A stretch of DNA of 61,979 nt from Priapulus caudatus. Its lineage: Eukaryota. Location of the stretch: positions 879,695 through 941,673 of the forward strand of contig NW_014577084.1 in assembly GCF_000485595.1 (NCBI RefSeq), written 5' to 3'. How positions within the stretch are numbered: position 1 is the first letter of the stretch; each line of letters opens with the position of its first letter. The notes beneath the pieces were generated by a model. That model saw nothing but the letters and a program-made list of their open reading frames with translations, did not search any database and was not told where the DNA came from. The translations under genes and the position numbers were made by a program. This document shows positions 60,311-61,979 of this stretch, piece by piece.

Positions 60311-60710
60311 ACTCTATATATTTTAAAATCAAACCTTTTGTAAATACTGTGAATAAAATTTAAAATTCATAAAGCCATTGGACACACTTGACACACAAGG
60401 AATATCGACTGGGAACACGAGCAGCTGCTTGTTGCTTAGCCATGTGCCATCTTTGAATGACATCACCTTTGTCACCACCGACCCTGAAGACACCATTGCT
60501 GCTATACAAAACCTGTTAGCTCTCCCATCACATTGGGCTAGCCATTTGGACAAAGTACTGCAGTCCCTGGATTGTCATTACGCAGGGCCACGTATTTTGA
60601 ATCATGTTCACAATTAATCCATCACGTGCTTTTTATAATAAAGTGGAACATTAGGTTACTCAGTTACATTACAGTATGCTGTTAATGGTTATTTTTATAT
60701 ACCATTTTGT

Positions 60711-60890
60711 TATTGAGATTCACGGTGATAATAGTGGTGCATATGTGAAGTGGATGTTTATTCTTTTAAGTGTGCTCAGGAGTTCTGTAATATGTTTATT
60801 GAGATTCACGGTGATATTAGTCGTGCATATGTGAATTGGGTGGTAATTCTTTTAAGTGTGCTCAGGAGTTCTGTAATATATTGATTGAGA
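60711..60890. repeat. 86-bp tandem duplication
   Basis: tattgagattcacggtgata.. starts at 60711 and again at 60797. Confidence 0.85.
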
Positions 60891-61572
60891 TAAGTTACAA
60901 AGACCCAAGTTGCCATACAAATTATGTATATCTTTATTTCTAAAACGCAGCCATTTACTACAGACACTAGGCATTACTGCTGACAATAGCTCGCCTAAAG
61001 TTAGAAATCATGAAGCACACCTTGACAATTCTTCCACCGAGAGAAATTTTCTGATGGGGCAGGTCTTGTTTTAATATTTTAAATGTCTTGCTTGGACCAA
61101 TGACCCTCTACACGAATCCTCTTAGATGCGATACGTCTATCCAAAACAACTGTCTCTGCATGAAGTTAGGATTTTCCTTTGACCATTGACGGCGTGCTCC
61201 ACCATAGCTATCACTGACACAAGTAACAAGGCCTGTGTCACCTAATGTATACATGCCCCAACTTGGGTAACTCGCGATTCTAGTACCTAGAGATGTTCGA
61301 TTTGGTGTGATATGTTGATCAAAATAGTCGCAAAAAACCGATCGCCGGTGGTTATAAACTTACTCGACTAGCGGTTCTAGTACCTAGAGACATCTGGCTA
61401 TTTAATCGATTATATCAACAGACATAGAGCAAAACTTATATATTGGGTTAAAGGGAGAATAGTACTATCAGGAGCTCTTAAAGTTAGGTATAAATATGTT
61501 CGATTTGTTCTGATATGTTGATTAAAATATATAGGATCGGCTATGTGTGATCGATGTATGACAGTATGTTTA

Positions 61573-61760
61573 CCAGAATGGCTATATGACCGGCAGCCGG
61601 CATATATCTGACGGCAGCCGGGCACGGTCATCGATTTCCTAAATGCCCGGCAGTTTTTAATTTTCAGCGTTATCTCAAGTAAACAAGGGTCAGGGTTAGG
61701 AACTGCCGGGCATTTAGGAAATCAAAGACCGTGCCCGGCTGCCGGGCATATAGCCACAGC
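61573..61760. mobile_element. Hairpin MITE with a telomere-like loop motif and a 9-bp TSD (Mutator-like)
   Basis: TSD gtatgttta at 61564-61572 and 61761-61769; ends ccagaa / cagc; ~55-bp inverted repeat; gggtcagggttagg in the loop. Confidence 0.8.
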
Positions 61761-61900
61761 GTATGTTTACATCTGCCATGGGTCATTGCACAACCAGCTC
61801 TACAACTGCTGCTCCCGCTGCGCCACCTGCTGACAAAACTAGCGGCTAACCCCATTGAACAAGTATGACTACAGTACAGACTACTGACACTGTCAGTACT

Positions 61901-61979
61901 GCTCATAGGGTCTATGTCCACCAGGGTACTGCCGGAACGTACCCTGGTAACTATCTGATATGGTTAGGGTTAGGGTTAG
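61901..61979 (-). mobile_element. End of another TTAGGG hairpin MITE, truncated by the window edge
   Basis: gctcatagggtctatgtcc matches the reverse complement of the 58233 end at 18/19 positions and is followed by (TTAGGG)n. Confidence 0.75.

Noticed and set aside
60329..60617. Overlapping 74-79-aa ORFs as a coding exon (faint Ulp1-like GTWLSN)
   Set aside because: No convincing splice sites, catalytic residues or partner exons.
61962..61979. TTAGGG repeats at the window end as a true telomere
   Set aside because: Only about 3 units are visible, and they follow an end matching the 58067-58233 hairpin MITE, whose loop also carries TTAGGG.

Overview
Invertebrate metazoan genomic DNA (GT-AG introns, many microsatellites, one 383-N gap at 55567-55949). 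The main gene is a complete 20-exon ARID2/BAF200 (PBAF subunit) on the + strand, 8741-47669, about 1768 aa by my splice reconstruction, with a 20.75-kb third intron. It converges tail-to-tail with a Sec2-domain Rab8 GEF (RAB3IP/Rabin8 family) on the - strand, with 9 coding exons at 58406-51804. At the left is a small spliced coiled-coil ORF ending in a MYPT1-like leucine zipper. At the right is a frameshifted SAP-domain gene, probably transposon-derived. Non-coding DNA is rich in mobile elements whose ends and target-site duplications (TSDs) can be read directly. These include hairpin elements with internal TTAGGG, asymmetric GCAGAT/GAGC ends and 9-bp TSDs; ~700-800-bp CAAGAG foldback elements and 38-bp TIR-only mini-elements with 7-8-bp TSDs (P/Galileo-like); Harbinger, hAT and Kolobok derivatives; Helentron-type (HINE/DINE-1-like) elements; a solo LTR; and a 5'-truncated Vingi-like LINE. 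All homology calls come from remembered family motifs; no searches were run.
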